Source of the DNA: a virus
Lineage: Duplodnaviria > Heunggongvirae > Uroviricota > Caudoviricetes
IMG/VR virus record: IMGVR_UViG_2545824742_000009
Reading direction: 5' to 3' (one strand)
Length of the DNA stretch: 15,755 nt
Shown here: piece after piece, positions 7,460-14,531 of the stretch
Position numbering within the stretch: position 1 is the first letter of the stretch
Layout: every line of letters starts with the position of its first letter
Notes under the pieces: model-generated
Told to the model about the DNA's origin: nothing
The model's database searches: none
Seen by the model: only the letters and a program-made list of their open reading frames with translations
Program-made: the position numbers and the translations under genes

Positions 7460-8019
7460 GCGTTAGTTTCTCCACAGACACAAAACGCCACGACGCCCGG
7501 AGCTGCACACTCGCGGGCGTCACTCTTTTCTGGAGCGCAAAAGATTTTGTAGACCAGTGCTGCATGCTCCTGGAGCTTCGAAATTGACAGATACAACTCA
7601 TCATTAATTGCTGTCTGCTCGTGTGGCTCCACTACCCCATCTTCGATTGCCGAACGAATCTGCTTTGAGTAACTCCCGATCTGTTCGATGACTTCCAGCA
7701 GGCGCTGGTTTATATCGGCGTTCTCTACTTCCTCAATTTCAGGAAGCGATACAAACACCCCACCAGCAGACTGTGCGACAGCATCCGCAATGTAGTGAGT
7801 GCCAGCCGCGCGCTGTAAAATCATTGCCCATCCCAGCGGGAAAATCTGATCGCCATCTGCACGAAGGCGGTTGAATAAAGCGTTCTCTGTTACATCTAGC
7901 CACTCAGCAGCTTCAGCGTACCCCCCCGGCAACGCCGCGATAGTTTTTCTGACAGCTTTCACGTACCACTCAGGCTGTTTTTCTACTTTCCAGTGATGCT
8001 TACCCACGGTTAGCCTCAT
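7456..8019 (-). CDS. YdaT-like / CII-position regulatory protein
   Basis: 187 aa, immediately downstream of the Cro-like gene, the usual place for CII or YdaT-family proteins. Family call is by context and weak sequence recollection. Confidence 0.45.
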   Translation of the reverse strand: MRLTVGKHHWKVEKQPEWYVKAVRKTIAALPGGYAEAAEWLDVTENALFNRLRADGDQIFPLGWAMILQRAAGTHYIADAVAQSAGGVFVSLPEIEEVENADINQRLLEVIEQIGSYSKQIRSAIEDGVVEPHEQTAINDELYLSISKLQEHAALVYKIFCAPEKSDARECAAPGVVAFCVCGETNA

Positions 8020-8050
8020 CGTTCTGTGGTTAAAAATTGAAGGTGTTCTG

Positions 8051-8251
8051 TTAATCTTTCGGATAGATATCCGGTCTTAAGTCAGATTTCGTAATTGCAC
8101 CTGACGTGCATTGCTCAAGTTTTTTAGCCAGCACAAAACTGGCTTTTTTATAACCATTGAAAACCAGCCGTAAATAGCCTGGTGTTGAGCCAACTTTTCC
8201 GGCCAACTCGCCCTGCTGTTCTTTGGTTAAAGAGTCCCAATACGCTTTCAT
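8051..8251 (-). CDS. cro: Cro-like repressor (YdaS/Cro family HTH)
   Basis: 66 aa from ATG at 8249-8251: MKAYWDSLTKEQQGELAGKVGSTPGYLRLVFNGYKKASFVLAKKLEQCTSGAI... GGAGG lies 10 nt upstream. The longer track ORF (to 8554) overlaps cI and is rejected. Confidence 0.7.
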   Translation of the reverse strand: MKAYWDSLTKEQQGELAGKVGSTPGYLRLVFNGYKKASFVLAKKLEQCTSGAITKSDLRPDIYPKD

Positions 8252-8341
8252 ACAATATGTACCTCCGATATACATATTACATGATTGAGATGAACCTTCA
8301 AGATACTTGTACCCTATCGGTACAAAGGTTTTAATTTCGTT
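8252..8341. promoter_or_regulatory. Divergent immunity-region control region with operator palindromes and PR-like / PRM-like promoters
   Basis: 19-bp palindromes ATGTACCTCCGATATACAT (8257-8275) and TTGTACCCTATCGGTACAA (8307-8325). Minus-strand PR candidate TTGAAG-16-TAATAT with the operator overlapping the -10 and the cro SD. Plus-strand PRM candidate TTGTAC-16-TTTAAT ends 6 nt before the cI ATG, with no SD (leaderless-like). Confidence 0.55.
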
Positions 8342-9016
8342 ATGAAAACAGTCCATGACATCCGGCGGTCTAACGCCAGAAAACTGAGAGATGGTGTTGG
8401 CGGGAATTCTTCCTTTGCCACCATGATTGATCGCGAGCCAACCCAGACCAGCAGGTTTATGGGAGATGGTGCTACTAAAAATATCGGTGACAGCATGGCA
8501 AGGCACATCGAAAAATGTTTCGACCTGCCTGTCGGATGGCTTGATCAAGAACACCAGACCACGAACATCACAAAAAAACCTGATGTTTCAATCACTAACA
8601 AACAAATAACGTTAGTCCCTGTCATATCATGGGTACAGGCCGGAGCATGGAAAGAAGTTGGCTATTCTGAGGTTGATTTGAGCACAGCAGAAACTTATCC
8701 CTGCCCTGTACCCTGTGGCGAAATGACTTATATCTTGCGGGTGATTGGTGATTCAATGATTGATGAGTACCGCCCGGGAGACATGATTTTTGTTGATCCT
8801 GAAGTCCCTGCCTGCCACGGTGACGACGTTATTGCATTGATGCACGATTCAGGCGAAACCACCTTCAAGCGGTTGATAGAAGATGGAACACAGCGTTATC
8901 TCAAAGCATTAAACCCAAACTGGCCTGAGCCTTACATTAAGATTAACGGTAATTGCTCTATAATTGGTACAGTGATTTTCTCGGGAAAACCAAGAAGATA
9001 CACAATAAAGGCCTAA
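8342..9016 (+). CDS. cI: CI-type prophage repressor (HTH plus S24 LexA-like peptidase domain)
   Basis: 224 aa. C-terminal domain has GDSM (Ser nucleophile) and FKRL (Lys general base), typical of S24 autocleaving repressors. Divergent from the Cro-like gene. Confidence 0.85.
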   Translation: MKTVHDIRRSNARKLRDGVGGNSSFATMIDREPTQTSRFMGDGATKNIGDSMARHIEKCFDLPVGWLDQEHQTTNITKKPDVSITNKQITLVPVISWVQAGAWKEVGYSEVDLSTAETYPCPVPCGEMTYILRVIGDSMIDEYRPGDMIFVDPEVPACHGDDVIALMHDSGETTFKRLIEDGTQRYLKALNPNWPEPYIKINGNCSIIGTVIFSGKPRRYTIKA

Positions 9017-9028
9017 TCAATATTTATG

Positions 9029-9052
9029 AACCTGCTTCGGCAGGTTTTTTTA
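9029..9052 (+). terminator. Rho-independent terminator after cI
   Basis: AACCTGC-TTCG-GCAGGTT hairpin followed by TTTTTTTAT, beginning 13 nt after the cI stop. Confidence 0.7.
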
Positions 9053-9055
9053 TAC

Positions 9056-9088
9056 TTGACAATGTACCTATGAGATACATAATGTATC
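9056..9088 (+). promoter_or_regulatory. pL-like early promoter with overlapping operator
   Basis: TTGACA (9056-9061), 16-nt spacer, CATAAT (9078-9083). Operator ATGTACCTATGAGATACAT (9062-9080) shares arms with the 8257-8275 site. Perfect palindrome GATACATAATGTATC (9074-9088) overlaps the -10. Confidence 0.55.
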
Positions 9089-9521
9089 CAAAAGAAACAT
9101 GAGGCAGGCAAGATTCAAACAAAATTTGGTTGTAACACGGCGTATGGCACATGCGTCGTTAGCGGTCTGGGGACGTTAAAGGGGATAATCCACTCCTTGC
9201 TCGGGCAAACAAACCAGGTAGCCGGAATGTGCAAGTCAATGATGATGCTGATAAGACGCCTAACCAGCGTGGCGATTCGGTTTGACGCCTGGGAAGAGAC
9301 CAGGGTGCAACGATGAGGGCATTTATGGAACCGCGACAAAGTGTGGTGCCGTAACTGGCTAAGTGCTCTCAGCGTTGTGGTGAATGCGCAGGCTGATGCG
9401 CGAAAGACATTGCAGATATTGCGGAAAAGAGCTGTTCGGCGGGGCAATTAAATGCCCGTGAGAGTCTGAAATAACCGCAAGCCGGAGATCAGCACCGGTC
9501 ACCACAACAGCCACTGCTTTG

Positions 9522-9568
9522 GCGGTACCAGTTTGTACACTTGCTTCCGGCTGGTACCGCTCTTTTTA
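9522..9568 (+). terminator. Terminator-like stem-loop in the early-left leader
   Basis: 10-bp stem GCGGTACCAG / CTGGTACCGC with 19-nt loop, followed by TCTTTTTA. About 140 nt upstream of the yfdP-like start. Confidence 0.35.
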
Positions 9569-9704
9569 CAAAACAGAGAAGAGCATCACCGGACGACGGG
9601 CTCATAACCCAATCCATCCGGGCAGCAGCCACTGCAGGTGTTCTTCTCTGTTTTGTGGAGAAACTAACCGACCTTGCAGGGTCGATATGATGAGGAGCAG
9701 CAAA

Positions 9705-10067
9705 ATGGCTAGCGAACGCAGTACTGATGTGCAGGCATTTATCGGGGAGTTGGACGGCGGCGTATTTGAAACCAAAATCGGCGCAGTTCTCAGTGAAGTC
9801 GCTTCCGGTGTGATGAACACGAAAACCAAAGGTAAGGTCTCGCTCAACCTGGAAATCGAACCGTTTGATGAGAACCGTGTGAAAATCAAACACAAACTCT
9901 CATATGTTCGCCCGACTAACCGCGGGAAAATTTCCGAAGAAGACACCACCGAAACGCCGATGTATGTCAATCGCGGTGGTCGCCTGACTATTCTGCAGGA
10001 AGACCAGGGACAATTACTGACTCTTGCCGGTGAACCTGACGGAAAACTCCGCGCAGCAGGTCGTTAA
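9705..10067 (+). CDS. YfdP-like prophage protein
   Basis: 120 aa from ATG 9705 (MASERSTDVQ...), with GAGGAG 8 nt upstream. The track ORF starts at a TTG at 9519 with no support. Recalled as matching CPS-53 YfdP in size and position. Confidence 0.55.
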   Translation: MASERSTDVQAFIGELDGGVFETKIGAVLSEVASGVMNTKTKGKVSLNLEIEPFDENRVKIKHKLSYVRPTNRGKISEEDTTETPMYVNRGGRLTILQEDQGQLLTLAGEPDGKLRAAGR

Positions 10068-10132
10068 TATCGTTTTTAATAAACTGATTATTTATCTCAT
10101 CACTGAATATCTTTATATAGTGAGGACTTATT

Positions 10133-10957
10133 ATGTCTCAGAACTTAGACGCAACCGCAATTAATCAAATTCATGCCCTTATTTCTGCTCAGGGTGTTAA
10201 TGAAATTATCAGTAAGATTGGTGCCGATGCTGTGGCATTGCCTGAGAATTTCCGCATTCATGATCTGGAAAAATTTAATTTAAATCGCTTCCGTTTCCGT
10301 GGTGCGCTTTCCACTGCCAGCATCGATGACTTTACCCGTTATTCTAAAGATCTTGCAGATGAAGGCACCCGCTGCTTTATCGATGCCGATAATATGCGTG
10401 CCGTCAGTGTGCTTAACCTGGGTACTATTGATGAACCAGGTCACGCAGATAACACCGCCACTCTCAAACTGAAAAAGACAGCACCGTTCTCTGCTCTGTT
10501 GTCTGTTAACGGCGAGCGTAACTCCCAGAAGTCACTGGCAGAATGGATTGAAGACTGGGCCGACTACCTTGTGGGCTTTGATGCTAATGGTGACGCTATT
10601 CAGGCAACAAAAGCGGCTGCGGCTGTCCGTAAAATCACGATTGAAGCAAACCAGACCGCTGATTTTGAAGATAATGACTTCAGCGGCAAACGCTCCCTGA
10701 TGGAGTCTGTCGAAGCGAAGACCAAAGATATTATGCCAGTGGCATTTGAATTTAAATGCGTTCCGTTTGAAGATCTGAAAGAACGTCCATTTAAATTACG
10801 CCTCAGCATTATCACTGGCGATCGTCCTGTACTGGTTCTGCGCATTATTCAGCTGGAAGCAGTGCAGGAAGAAATGGCTAACGAATTTCGTGATCTGCTT
10901 GTTGAGAAATTCAAAGACAGCAAAGTAGAAACCTTTATTGGTACTTTCACCGCCTGA
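10133..10957 (+). CDS. YfdQ-like protein (DUF2303-type)
   Basis: 274 aa with GAGGA SD. Size and position (between yfdP-like and HD-domain yfdR-like) match CPS-53 YfdQ. Family number is from memory. Confidence 0.55.
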   Translation: MSQNLDATAINQIHALISAQGVNEIISKIGADAVALPENFRIHDLEKFNLNRFRFRGALSTASIDDFTRYSKDLADEGTRCFIDADNMRAVSVLNLGTIDEPGHADNTATLKLKKTAPFSALLSVNGERNSQKSLAEWIEDWADYLVGFDANGDAIQATKAAAAVRKITIEANQTADFEDNDFSGKRSLMESVEAKTKDIMPVAFEFKCVPFEDLKERPFKLRLSIITGDRPVLVLRIIQLEAVQEEMANEFRDLLVEKFKDSKVETFIGTFTA

Positions 10958-10969
10958 TTTCATTACTGC

Positions 10970-10992
10970 AAATGCCCCCTGCGGGGGCATTT
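10970..10992 (+). terminator. Perfect hairpin (possible attenuator/terminator) between the yfdQ-like and yfdR-like genes
   Basis: AAATGCCCCC-TGC-GGGGGCATTT, a 10-bp stem, 13 nt after the yfdQ-like stop. Only a short T tract (TTTAT) follows. Confidence 0.4.
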
Positions 10993-11086
10993 ATGGAAAC
11001 GTAATTAACTCAATAATCGCCGGATGGTGAGGGCTTCCTTTTACCCGAATTCAGCGCGGTGCAGCGCATATAACGTGGAGAACAAA

Positions 11087-11623
11087 ATGTCATTTATTAA
11101 AACTTTTTCCGGGAAGCATTTTTATTATGACAGGATAAATAAAGACAACATCGATATTAACGATATCGCGGTTTCCCTTTCAAATATCTGTCGCTTTGCC
11201 GGTCATCTTTCACACTTCTACAGCGTCGCCCAACATGCGGTGCTTTGCAGCCAGCTGGTGCCGCAGGAATTTGCTTTTGAAGCGTTAATGCATGATGCAA
11301 CAGAAGCGTATTGCCAGGACATCCCCGCGCCACTGAAACGCCTTCTTCCTGACTATAAACGGATGGAAGAAAAAATAGACGCCGTAATCCGTGAGAAATA
11401 CGGGTTACCCCCGGTTATGAGTACGCCCGTGAAATATGCCGATCTCATCATGCTGGCAACCGAACGCCGCGATCTCGGGCTTGATGATGGCTCTTTCTGG
11501 CCTGTACTGGAAGGTATCCCGGCAACAGAGATGTTCAACGTGATTCCACTGGCACCGGGCTATGCCTACGGGATGTTTATGGAACGCTTCAACGAGTTAT
11601 CGGAATTACGCAAATGTGCATAA
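11087..11623 (+). CDS. HD-domain phosphohydrolase (YfdR/YfbR-like 5'-deoxynucleotidase family)
   Basis: 178 aa from ATG 11087 (MSFIKTF...), with GGAG 9 nt upstream. Metal-binding H...HD pattern (SVAQHAV...LMHDATEAY). Size equals CPS-53 YfdR. Confidence 0.7.
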   Translation: MSFIKTFSGKHFYYDRINKDNIDINDIAVSLSNICRFAGHLSHFYSVAQHAVLCSQLVPQEFAFEALMHDATEAYCQDIPAPLKRLLPDYKRMEEKIDAVIREKYGLPPVMSTPVKYADLIMLATERRDLGLDDGSFWPVLEGIPATEMFNVIPLAPGYAYGMFMERFNELSELRKCA

Positions 11624-12492
11624 CTCATGTAGTTAGTTTTTCTGGCGGGAGAACATCTGCATATCTTGTTCACCTGATGGAAGAACAAAGAAAGGCTGGC
11701 AATAACGTCTGCTACATCTTTATGGATACCGGTTGCGAACATCCGCTGACATACCGCTTTATTCGGGAGGTTGTGAAGTTCTGGGGCATACCGCTAACTG
11801 TGTTGCAGGTCGATATAAATCCAGAGCTTGGGCAGCCAAATGGTTATACGGAATGGGAACCAAAGGATATTCAGACACGAATGCCGGTGCTTAAACCGTT
11901 TATGGACATGGTAAAAAAATATGGCACGCCATACATCGGCGGCGCGTTCTGCACTGACAGATTAAAACTCACCCCCTTCACAAAATACTGCGATGACCAT
12001 TTCGGACGAGGGAATTACATCACATGGCTGGGTATTCGTGCAGACGAACCTCGTAGGCTGAAACCGAAATCGGGCGTCCGGTATCTTGCCGAGCTATCTG
12101 ATTTTGATAAGTCGGATGTTATCCGGTGGTGGCATAAACAACCTTTTGATTTGCAAATCCCGGAGCACCTCGGGAACTGTGTTTTCTGCATCAAAAAGTC
12201 CACGCAAAAGCTGGGGCTTGCATGTAAAGACGAACCTGGTCTGATGCGAGTTTTTAATGAGCTGGTTACAGGTAAACACGTCCGGGATGGTCACCGAAAG
12301 ACAGACAAAGACGTTATGTACCGTGGTCATCTGAGCCTTGACGGGATTGCCAGAATGTATGCCGACAGCGACTACAGAAATTTGTATCAGGCGATGGTGC
12401 AAGCCAGGCGATTCGATACCGGCTCGTGTTCAGAGTCATGTGAAATCTGGGGTGATCAATTGGAATTGAAATTCGAAGAGGTGGTGGCATGA
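11614..12492 (+). CDS. PAPS-reductase-family PP-loop protein (CysH/DndC-like fold)
   Basis: 292 aa. PP-loop VSFSGGRTSAYL at the N-terminus; FMDTGCEHPLTYRFIREV matches the CysH DTG..PET..F motif. C-terminal Cys cluster CVFC...C...CSESCE. Overlaps the HD gene by 10 nt. Confidence 0.75.
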   Translation: MCITHVVSFSGGRTSAYLVHLMEEQRKAGNNVCYIFMDTGCEHPLTYRFIREVVKFWGIPLTVLQVDINPELGQPNGYTEWEPKDIQTRMPVLKPFMDMVKKYGTPYIGGAFCTDRLKLTPFTKYCDDHFGRGNYITWLGIRADEPRRLKPKSGVRYLAELSDFDKSDVIRWWHKQPFDLQIPEHLGNCVFCIKKSTQKLGLACKDEPGLMRVFNELVTGKHVRDGHRKTDKDVMYRGHLSLDGIARMYADSDYRNLYQAMVQARRFDTGSCSESCEIWGDQLELKFEEVVA

Positions 12493-12692
12493 CAATCGTA
12501 AAAACCCATACCGGCATTGTGATCACCAAAGACGGCCCGCAGGTAAAAAAACTTCACCAGACAGAGCGGATGTGGGTCGTCGGCAAAAACGAGTTTTACC
12601 ACAAAGAAACCGGACGCCGCCACTTTGCAGAAAATACGCGCCGCCGACTACTGATCGACACCATCAAGCCTATCGAGGTGAAGCATGTTTAA
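12489..12692 (+). CDS. Small hypothetical protein (67 aa)
   Basis: ATGA overlap with the upstream stop and GAGGTGG SD. Basic protein, no motif recognised. Confidence 0.5.
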   Translation: MTIVKTHTGIVITKDGPQVKKLHQTERMWVVGKNEFYHKETGRRHFAENTRRRLLIDTIKPIEVKHV

Positions 12693-12924
12693 ACAGAACG
12701 AAAAATCTATCGCTCAAATTGCTGAGTATATCCCGCGTGCGTGCCGGGGTATGCAGTTGCAGGAAGCCAAAGCGCGCCTGGAGAAAAAAATTGCGCTCTA
12801 TATCGATGACGGCTGTGATGCTGCCGTTCTTAACGCGGCGTTCGCGCCAGCTCTTAACAGTCATACGCGGGAGTCTTTTTTTTCGCGCATCGCAGCGCAG
12901 ATCCGTAAAGGAGGCAACCAGTGA
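12685..12924 (+). CDS. Small hypothetical protein (79 aa)
   Basis: GAGGTG SD 5 nt upstream. Start overlaps the previous gene by 8 nt. Confidence 0.5.
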   Translation: MFKQNEKSIAQIAEYIPRACRGMQLQEAKARLEKKIALYIDDGCDAAVLNAAFAPALNSHTRESFFSRIAAQIRKGGNQ

Positions 12925-13232
12925 GCAATTATCTGTACTGGTCTGGCTTAGTGGCTAACATCGCTCTCATGTTGTTCGTGGCTCTTTGCATCTGGGTTTG
13001 GTTTATCTGGCCTTTTGTAGAGGCCATGAGCATAACTCGGTGCTTTATTTGCGCATCAAAGACTTCTGGATGCAAACCAACTGTAAAAGCAATTATCAGA
13101 ACTTTAAAATACTGGTATCTGGATTTGCTTTTCGGCAGGGGCTGGACGCGAATTAGTAACCGCCAGTTTGAATGGGAAGGCGTCGGTAACTGGCGAATTC
13201 ACAGCAGCAAAGAAACGCAGGAGGTGAATTAA
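12921..13232 (+). CDS. Small membrane protein (103 aa) with one predicted TM helix and a Cys-rich segment
   Basis: GTG start with a strong AAAGGAGG SD. Hydrophobic segment LVANIALMLFVALCIWVWFIWPF, then CFICASKTSGCKPT. Stop overlaps the xis start (TAATG). Confidence 0.55.
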   Translation: MSNYLYWSGLVANIALMLFVALCIWVWFIWPFVEAMSITRCFICASKTSGCKPTVKAIIRTLKYWYLDLLFGRGWTRISNRQFEWEGVGNWRIHSSKETQEVN

Positions 13233-13426
13233 TGAACAACTTAATGACAACAAAACAAGTCGCCGAATTCTGTGGCGTTTCAATATCGACGGTGCTTCGC
13301 TGGAACAGCGTAAACCGGAGAACTGGCAAGAAATACAGACCAGACTTTCCAGATCCTGATATTAAATCCTGCCCAAATAAATGGGCATCACAAAAGATTT
13401 ACAGGTTTGCAGGAGTCATTGAGTAA
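13232..13426 (+). CDS. xis: Excisionase / AlpA-family HTH DNA-binding protein
   Basis: 64 aa. MTTKQVAEFCGVSISTVLRW...FPDPDIKSCPNKWASQKIYRF fits small MerR-like Xis/AlpA proteins. AGGAGGTGA SD. Convergent with the integrase. Confidence 0.7.
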   Translation: MNNLMTTKQVAEFCGVSISTVLRWNSVNRRTGKKYRPDFPDPDIKSCPNKWASQKIYRFAGVIE

Positions 13427-13463
13427 TATGCCTTAGATCAGATGTAAGCTGACACACCACTAT

Positions 13464-13503
13464 GGCACAGAGTCAAACCTAATCTAACTACCTGCTCTGT
13501 GCC
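13464..13503. other. Stem-loop between convergent xis and the orphan gene
   Basis: 9-bp arms GGCACAGAG (13464-13472) and CTCTGTGCC (13495-13503) with a 22-nt loop. No flanking U-run on either strand. Confidence 0.3.
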
Positions 13504-13561
13504 AAAAGAAGATACTACTAACATAATTATAAAATAATCAACGGGAAATAGCTCATCTGTA

Positions 13562-14377
13562 CTACTCCACAAGCGGGATAAGTTTTTTACCTGTGTCTTC
13601 AAAGAATGAAAACGAAGACCAGCGGTAAGTATATAAAAAAGCCACCTTGCCTGCATGTTCTTCGATAGCTTTTTTTAAATATGACTTGCGTTTACTGACT
13701 TTTGGAAATTTATCCGAAAAGATAACTATTGCTCTTGATGATAGTCCACCACCATTTCGCATAAAGAGAGTAAACTCACTCAATCTAAGCATATTGAAAT
13801 TTGCACAATTCGCTACATCATTATCAAACTTAGCAACTATACTTTTTATTTTGTCATACAGACTGACCATATCCCTAAAAATATTTTCATCTGCCAACTG
13901 AATATTTCTTTCATTCAACTCTGTTATATACTTATTATCATCCACTATTCCAATAGGGTATCGAGCATTTAAAACTATATCTCGAGACGCAACCTTCAAT
14001 AACTTCAGCTCGTCAACGGTTAATGGCAAACCTAAATCAACAGCCATACAATCAAGTTTATGCCCATAATTACAAAACTCATTTTCAATAGCTTTTTTTC
14101 TCGCACCGAGATTCATTAGAAGAATCGCTGACTTTAACAACATTTCAAAAGCATACCCCAACATAAGTCTGCTAGTTTTATCAGTTGCCGATGCGATATC
14201 GATGTATTCATGAACAATAGGAGATTTCTTACTTGCTGTCCGAAGCAATTTTTTGTTTCGCTCACCTTCACTTCTCAACAGCTTCGCAGATAAATACAGT
14301 TGTTTAGACTCTGTTAACCAAGCCTTTCGATCAAATATACCTTTCCCATTTTTCTGCGTGATTATCTCGCTCTGCAT
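13562..14377 (-). CDS. AT-rich orphan protein (271 aa) in the integrase-excisionase cargo slot; function unknown
   Basis: Start ATG at 14375-14377 with AGGAG 7 nt upstream; the track begins 3 nt earlier at TTG. Visibly much more AT-rich than flanking phage genes. Soluble, largely helical-looking, no TM segment and no catalytic motif I can assign. Confidence 0.7.
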   Translation of the reverse strand: MQSEIITQKNGKGIFDRKAWLTESKQLYLSAKLLRSEGERNKKLLRTASKKSPIVHEYIDIASATDKTSRLMLGYAFEMLLKSAILLMNLGARKKAIENEFCNYGHKLDCMAVDLGLPLTVDELKLLKVASRDIVLNARYPIGIVDDNKYITELNERNIQLADENIFRDMVSLYDKIKSIVAKFDNDVANCANFNMLRLSEFTLFMRNGGGLSSRAIVIFSDKFPKVSKRKSYLKKAIEEHAGKVAFLYTYRWSSFSFFEDTGKKLIPLVE

Positions 14378-14531
14378 CAATAACTCCTATGTTATTAGAA
14401 TCAAACCTGCCACTAATCAATTGCAAATCTCGTCGCTGTTATTTTGACCAGACATTACATTGCTCCATTTGTAAAATACCACTTAACTAACTTGAATGAG
14501 AAATTGTAAGTATTCCGACAAAAAAAGACTA

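Noticed and set aside
8051-8554. Long 167-aa version of the Cro-position ORF
   Set aside because: The upstream 100 codons overlap the cI start and the whole operator/promoter region. Only the C-terminal 66 aa resemble Cro/YdaS proteins, and an SD precedes the internal ATG at 8251.
9115-9447. Minus-strand 110-aa ORF in the early-left leader
   Set aside because: Antisense to the pL-like transcript, no SD, Arg/Ser/Thr-rich translation with no features. Likely a chance ORF.
9519-9704. 5' extension of the yfdP-like ORF from a TTG start
   Set aside because: The extension starts inside a hairpin, has no SD and a Cys/Arg-rich junk-like translation. The ATG at 9705 has a GAGGAG SD and gives a 120-aa product of expected size.
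9489-9970. Minus-strand ORFs (134 and 122 aa) overlapping the yfdP-like gene
   Set aside because: Antisense to a gene with good SD and conserved operon context; no start-site support.
13647-13901. Plus-strand 84-aa ORF inside the AT-rich orphan gene
   Set aside because: Antisense to the longer, SD-supported minus-strand ORF. Low-complexity translation typical of AT-rich DNA.
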